A DNA stretch of 64,000 nucleotides from Utricularia gibba (Eukaryota > Plantae > Magnoliophyta): positions 1,116,001 to 1,180,000 of the forward strand of contig NEEC01000013.1 of the NCBI GenBank assembly GCA_002189035.1. Reading direction: 5' to 3'. The notes beneath the pieces are model-generated. The model had not been told where the DNA came from. It made no database searches and worked only from the letters and a program-made list of their open reading frames with translations. Positions 57,713 through 64,000 of the stretch are shown here, piece after piece; position 1 is the stretch's first letter; every line of letters starts with the position of its first letter. The position numbers and the translations under genes were made by a program.

Positions 57713-60700
57713 ATGGTGCTCCCCCATGTTTCACCCAGGCGCTTCGTCGCTTCCAAGGATTTATGTCGTTATGTTTTATGGAAAGTTCAAGGTGTGGCAG
57801 GTTTTTCGGCGATGCCGGCGGCAGATGACTCATCTCGGCAATCTAATCCTTCTGAGAAACCCTCTTCACTTTCCGCTAGGTTGAGTTTCATTTTTGATCA
57901 AATTGATGAAATCGATAAAAAGAGAGAAGAAAAAGACCAAACGCTGCAGCGAATTCGCGCTTGGCGTGAATCAAGGAAACAAACGGAGAGTCAGAGTGAA
58001 CCTGTCACGAGAACGGTAGGGTCCGATTCAACGGAGGAATTGAAGCCAGTAGTGGTAAAAACTGGAACTTTTTTGGAGAATGGAGACGGAAAGAAAGAGG
58101 TTGAGTTAGTTCATCCATGGCCAGAGTGGATTGAGCTGATGGAGAGGCTTGTGCAGCAGAATTACTTTGATCACAGGAGAAGGGATGAGGATGGTATGAT
58201 CGAAAGCCTGGGCTTTAGTGCTCCTGACGTTGCAGTGAAGGTGGATAAGGAGTTTGATTTTTCTCGGGACTATAAGACCGTTCAGACTGCCATGGTGAAT
58301 TTTGGTCGTGATCGCTTCGATATTTTGAGGTATGTTTTCATTTTACATGAACGTGTTTTTACGTGTTTCTGCACTGAGGAACACTTGGGAGAAGTCTGCT
58401 AGTTGAAGAAACTTGGTTTTTTGTATCCCCATGATAGTTTTTGCAGCATTTTGGCCCAAAGGTTTTAGGTGCTCTTTTGAAGATTCGATCTTGTGACGTG
58501 TATGGAGAAATGTGACATTTTTTTGTGCTGTGGGTTTTGCTAGTTTTACTGCATTGTAATTGGTATACAAATATTTGTAGGGCCTTGCCCAGGCATGATC
58601 TTCAATTGTTGGTCGGCTATGGTTGCCCCAGTACCGATAAGAGGGCTGTCTACTCAGGAAAATTGTTGAGGAAGTACACGCATCTGGATGAAGGGGATGT
58701 AAGCTTTTGCGTTGTACATAATATATTTGTGGCTTGTGTATTGTGAAAAGATCATAAAATAAAATTGTTGAGGAAGTACACGCATCTGGATGAAGGAGAT
58801 GTAAGCTTTTGTGCTGTACGCAGTATTTGTGGCTTGTGTATTGTGAAGAGATCATGAAATAACTATGTTAACTCATATCAGTTTGTAATCTGTCCTTTAT
58901 AGGATTTCTTATATCATCAATAAATATTTTCTTATTGATGTTTATCGTTCGTCCTTGGGATTAAAGTAACCTGATTTTTAATTTTATGCCTCAGGTTTGT
59001 AGCTCCTGCAGTTTGCGGGGTTCTTGTGAGAAAGCATATCTGCTAACAAATAAAGAGGATGAAGCACGGACAATTGATGTCATGCGTATCCTGCTTTCTT
59101 ATGGTTTTGATCCAAAGGGTGAATTTGTATCAAATAAGGACTTACTAAAAATGAAGCCAGTGAAGGCTATTGTCAGGAAATTGCTTCATCAAGTGGTCAA
59201 GTTAAGTGCAGTTCCCATAGATCCAACTCTATCCCCTCCTGTTGTTAAAAAGCCGCCACCAAAGGTTAAGCAACCTCCTCCTACTCCAAAGAAAAGGATT
59301 GGGCGCTATGATGTTGAAATGAAAAAGGGGACTGGCTCTGCACAAAGTAATTTTCTATTTGGTCTATTGAAATGCCTTTTTGATTTTTTTTTTTCCAGAA
59401 TTTCTCATGCTTTAGCTAGAAATACTCATGCCCGTTAATTTTAATTTTCCATGCATGAATGCGATTTCATTCATTTGTATCCATTCTATGCTTCATTACT
59501 AATCAAGTAGCATGCTGTGCGGCAGTGCCATTTTAGCGTTATTCCTTTTGAGAATCATACCTCCCATCTTAGTGGGGAAGATCGGGTGGTCATCATTCTT
59601 TCTCTATGATCAAGCAACTGTATTCCTTTTCAGTATGGATGCTTATCATTATTAGTTCATTTTTCCAGAATATATATTCCTTCTTCTATGTTGCATGAGC
59701 TCTGCTATTGTTTTTGAACAATGCCTTATATTCCTCAGGTGTGACTTCTTGAATTTCGCAAAAAATACAAATTGTCTGCAGTGTGAAGCGAAGCGTCCTA
59801 AGAGGCAACTCCTTCCAGGGGAATGGGAATGCCCACAGTATGCTATTACCCTCCTTCGTCCACTTTTTTTTTTTTATTTGTGTGGCATTTTGCTAGGTTA
59901 CTTTCTTCATTGAATCAACTTTTTTTTTTTACTGGTTAAACCACTTTCGATTTTTCCACTTTAAAATTTAACCAGGTAGAAGCTACATCAAAAGTCAAAA
60001 GTTCATGCGCATGACATTACTGATACATATATCTCTGTCGCTGTCGTGCTAAGTGGGCTTCCAACTTTCTACAGGTGTAATTTCCTAAATTACAGGAGGA
60101 ACACCGTATGTTTTCATTGTGAACATAAGCGCCCAGCTGACTCATATATTGATCAGTATCCAGAGAAACCAGGTGCTCCAGGAACCAGGACAGACAAGAT
60201 TCTTGATCGAGCAGCTGTTTCCAATGCATGGAATTTTGATTTTGATGATGATGAGTCTGATGGAGCCGATGTTGCTGCATTTGAGTATGCTGATTCTCAG
60301 AGAATGAATGAGGATTTCCCCTCACCCAGCCTACTAATGGAGTTCCCAGAGGACACGACCGTGGCTCGGATAAGATGTCCAGGGACCGTGGTAACTCTGA
60401 ACCAGTGAGATTTGGGATGGGATTCAATGATTTTGATGAAGACGATGATGATGATGTCGACAGCTATGAGCTGGTTGGGCCAAATGAGGCGCCCAGGACA
60501 CCTCGAGTAAAATTTTCTGATATTGAAGATGAATCAGAATCCGAAGATGACTCAGTGGGCATCAATGAAGGTGGCCATGGCAAGGATAAATTCCCTGGCC
60601 GTGGACGGAGGACTCGTGGCCAAGGACGGAGAGATTCTGAAGGTGATGATCTTGACTTCGGCACTGATGATGACCTTCCCATGCACCCAAACTGGAAATC

Positions 60701-61286
60701 CAGCCATGTCGCCAACCCAAAAAAGCAAAGCAAAAGGTTCAATACCAGGAGCCTTGAATCAGAAGATGATCTTCCCTTCAACTCTGACTCCGACGATGAA
60801 GAAGGTTTCAGATCCAGAAGGGCAAGGAACGGGAGAAGTTCCAAGGAGTCGCGCCATACAAGAGGAAGACATCCAAGCAGTTCTTTCTCTGAGACGGATT
60901 CTGATGATGACGACGACGACTTCAAACGTCACAATAATAAGCAGAGGCGTGGAGGAGGATCAGGTCGGATTTCCGGCAGCCGTCACCGTGGTGGGAAGAC
61001 GGATTCTTATGACGACGACGACGACTTCAAACATGACCGCAATAAGCCAAAGCACAGAGGAGGTTCACAGCGGTTTTCCGATAGACCACACCGTGGCGCT
61101 GCGGGCAGGCGTACTACTAACGGAGATTCCCCATACAGAAGACAACCCCCTTCATTTAGAGACACAAGAGCTTCCAAGTTTGATGGCCGTGGATCGTTTC
61201 AGAACCGTGGCGGAAGATCATCCACAGACTTTGGAAGTGATATCGACGACGAAAGACATCGGAGGCCGAGGATAAACGTCCGATGA
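57713..61286 (+). CDS. RanBP2-type zinc finger organellar RNA-processing protein (OZ family, most like OZ2); two apparent -1 frameshifts; start uncertain
   Basis: HPWPEWIELMERL and LLRKYTHLDEGDVCSSCSLRGSCEKAY regions; two RanBP2 fingers (GDWLCTKCDFLNFAKNTNCLQC, GEWECPQCNFLNYRRNTVCFHC); AWNFDFDDDESDGADVAAFEYADS; long D/R/G-rich tail. Confidence 0.85.
58659..58860 (+). repeat. Tandem duplication (102-bp period) of exon 3' end, splice donor and intron start
   Basis: AAAATTGTTGAGGAAGTACACGCATCTGGATGAAGGRGATGTAAGCTTTTG... starts at both 58659 and 58761, with a few substitutions and a small indel. Confidence 0.95.
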
Positions 61287-61558
61287 AACCACCGTTTTTT
61301 GTTGGGGCACGGCGTGAGAATGAAGTGAATGTAAATTCAGTGGCCATCAAGTGCTTCGACAGCTGAATTTACCAGCCCGGCCGCTGCTGCTGCATCAGAT
61401 TTATCTTCTTGAACCCGGAGTTGGTGGAGAAAAGAGGTTTAGTGGCCATCAATGATCGCTTGTAATTTATTTGAAGATAAATGTATGCACTAATTTTCAG
61501 GGGAAGTTGCTTCTCGTTGTTCTACGTTACAATTCAAAATTTAAATTCCTGTTAAGGA

Positions 61559-63823
61559 TCACATTCTAGGCCTGGATTCCACGGGAGTGACGGTTAGTGT
61601 CTGAATGGAGCTCCTCCCTCTTCTCACAACTGCCTTGAAGGGCTGTCCAACTTTGTCATCCATTGATTCGATCACCTGCAGTGAACCAATCGCCGTGTGA
61701 ACCCAGAGAAGCAGCATCTTGATATAATGCAAAAACCAGTACCTCATTAACGTTTGCAATGGGCTTGCCTCCAAATTCAATCACAACATCTCCGGGACGA
61801 AAACCGGCGAGATCAGCTGGTGATCCTGCAGATACCTGAATGGCGGAGCGCAAATCCGCAACTTCTTTTTAGGGAAAAAAAAACTACTTACAACTGAATA
61901 ACTTTGGTGAGCTATTAATAATGATGGCTAACCAACCATATTCACAAGAACGCCAGCACTGACATCTGGAAAGGAAGAATTTGCTTCCTTGAGCTGAGCA
62001 ACAAGCATGTCATTAAGATCAATCATTCTCATTCCAAGCCAAGGCCGCACTACTCTCCTGCATCAGTAGAGATCAACATGCCATGAAGCAAAACCAGAGT
62101 GTGATTGACAGAAAGAAATGGCGAAGTGTGTTGTAAAAACCAGGTAGAAAAGACATCATACCCGTTCCTTTTGAACTGCTCAACGATTTTTAAAGCCGAG
62201 TCAATTGGAAGAGCAAAACTTAAACCATCAGCACCTGAGACTTTCATTACACTAATGCCTACAACTTCTCCATCGATGTTGACAAGAGGTCCACCAGAAT
62301 TACCCTACAAAGATAAATCCTTTTAATAACAAAGAAGTGCTAATACTGTAAGTACTGACCCGACAGTCAAGCCAAAAAAACAAAAAATTACATGATTTAT
62401 TGCACAATCCGTCTGTATATACTCCCTTTCTACACCTTCCAACCCCAGATCAGTACTTTTACGTCCAACAAAGCTGGATGCAACAGAGGAAGAACAAAAA
62501 ATTCAAATCAGGAAAAACGTTATTTGTGACTACATTGAAGAGTAAAACTCTATATCGCTTGTTGCACGAATATGAAAGGTTAATGAAGTAAAACTGCCTT
62601 ATGATGCCTGCAGTAATGGTATTTTGAAGAGTATGAGGACACCCCATTGCAACGACCCAGTCTCCAGGGCAGAGCTTATTTGAAGATCCAAGCTTCGCAA
62701 ATGGAAATGGAGTCTTGGATTTAATCTTCACCACTGCTACATCATAATGTAAATCAGCACTCACAACTACGCCTTCAAATGACCGACCATCATGTAAGGT
62801 TACTTCAACCTGCCATGATCTGTATGTACTTAATAACAACATTCACTACGTTTGTTTTTCAGAGACTGGGGAGGATGGTAAGATATAGCGCTAGCACAGG
62901 GGCTACCTCAGATGATAGTTTTAAACCTTGGGGATCAGCCACAACATGTGCACAAGTCAAAATAGTGCCACCTTCATCAATTATTGTTCCAGAACCGATG
63001 CCTTTACCCACATCCCTCCCAAAAAAACCTACATCAGATAAAACACCAAAACAATTAAAGTCCATCGGCATTACCTTCCATTATCAATAAAGGGCAAGGG
63101 CAGAAAGGATACTTTTCGAAATAGATATATTCACAACAGCAGGTCCAACTTTTTTTGCCACGTTAGAAAAGGTGTCACGGCCGAGACAGTTGCAACAATG
63201 GTTGGGATAACCACCAGGATCAATTACAGCTCCTTTTGGTATTGCAGTATCGGGGGCATTGCTCATCGTAGAAAGAAATTGAGGAAAAACACCTACAATT
63301 AAATGAAAGCTCAATCCAGAAGAAAAAACGGGGTGGCAAAAAAGCTACGCGATTACCAAAACCATGTTGTGATTGGCTGCGATGTAAAAACGGGAAAACA
63401 TTCCGCTCGTATATCGAACTCCATGGAAGGATTAAAGAATCCCGTATGGGATGAGGCACCGAAACCGCTCCCGATACGTCTACATTCAGCAATAAAAAAA
63501 ACACATATTTGAACTAAACCCAGAACCAGTTGCTCATTTCATTCCATGAGAACATTCTACATAAAAATAAAAAAAAATTGTCCTTGAATCACAAAGGAAT
63601 TCATAGAAATGCATACTATAATCTGAAGATACGACGTGCCACGCGAATCCCGAGCCTGCTGCAGCTAAAACCGCTCCAGGAATTAGAAATATTTTACTTG
63701 AAAATTTTTTCTGCACATGCAACAAGACAAATCATGAAATCATAAAGCAAAAGCGCATAACTCCAGAATTCAGATCACGTCTAAACGGAATCCGTTGAAT
63801 CGCTGTTCTACCAAATGATGCAT
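61559..63823 (-). CDS. DEG14: HtrA/DegP serine protease with PDZ domain (DEG14/PARK13-like), about 10 exons
   Basis: [20 protein letters not shown] (His), [13 protein letters not shown] (Asp), GNSGGPL (Ser), [18 protein letters not shown]; putative 12-nt first exon MHHL at 63823-63812. Confidence 0.9.
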
Positions 63824-63914
63824 TGCGTAGCTCAACGTTGAATAGCAAACAAGGCACGCTTTGCGGTTTTTCCCCAATTTCCATACACGAAGAAGGCCGG
63901 CCCGTATTTCGCTA

Positions 63915-63943
63915 GGCCCAAATAAAAAGCAAAATGCGGCCCA
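63915..63943. promoter_or_regulatory. Two site II elements upstream of the DEG14-like gene
   Basis: GGCCCA at 63915-63920 and 63938-63943; this motif is typical of promoters of nuclear genes for mitochondrial proteins. Confidence 0.45.
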
Positions 63944-64000
63944 TTATAAAATTAATTGTTTTTTACAACTTATTTATTTATTTGTTTTGATGCCGTGTGC

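Noticed and set aside
60464-61275. Long alternative-frame ORFs (153 aa minus, 250 aa plus) over the OZ tail
   Set aside because: Shadow ORFs of low-complexity GAT/GAC-rich coding sequence with no recognisable motifs.
1-64000. CRISPR arrays, rRNA genes, LTR retrotransposons, organellar DNA insertions
   Set aside because: No repeat-spacer arrays, rRNA motifs, gag/pol motifs or organellar gene sequence seen.

Overview
This is eudicot plant nuclear DNA and very gene-dense: about 23 protein-coding genes, 2 pseudogenes, 1 tRNA and at least 1 MITE in 64 kb, with most introns about 60-120 bp. That density suggests a strongly compacted genome (inference; the species cannot be identified from sequence alone). 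Gene order: thioredoxin m(-), DCP2(+), Tourist-like MITE, conserved small membrane protein(-), CDKC-like kinase(+), SPA3/4-like(+), RALF(-), P-type PPR(+), decayed SHH2-like gene(-), API5(+), tRNA-Ile(TAT), NUMOD3-motif protein(+), DJ-1(-), GT31 galactosyltransferase(+), domesticated hAT/SLEEPER(+), RHM(-), PHD finger(+), receptor-like kinase pseudogene(+), DUF1685(-), WDL/TPX2(-), Alba(+), RING(+), Dof(-), GDSL(-), WAKL(+), RanBP2-ZnF OZ-like(+), DEG14-like protease(-). Family assignments come from motif recognition and memory of homologues, not from database searches. Most notable observations: (1) an SHH2-like gene, invisible in the ORF track, whose homeodomain exons are spliced in frame to the last SAWADEE exon, so the methyl-histone reader is deleted; (2) a hAT-derived SLEEPER ORF with the first catalytic Asp replaced by Asn; (3) a kinase gene destroyed mainly by deletions; (4) six -1 frameshifts at short G/C runs in otherwise intact genes between 45 and 61 kb, probably assembly error; (5) two exon-to-intron duplications, one creating a second splice donor; (6) a tRNA just downstream of the API5 stop codon. 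I found no clearly new multi-gene system, CRISPR array or rRNA.
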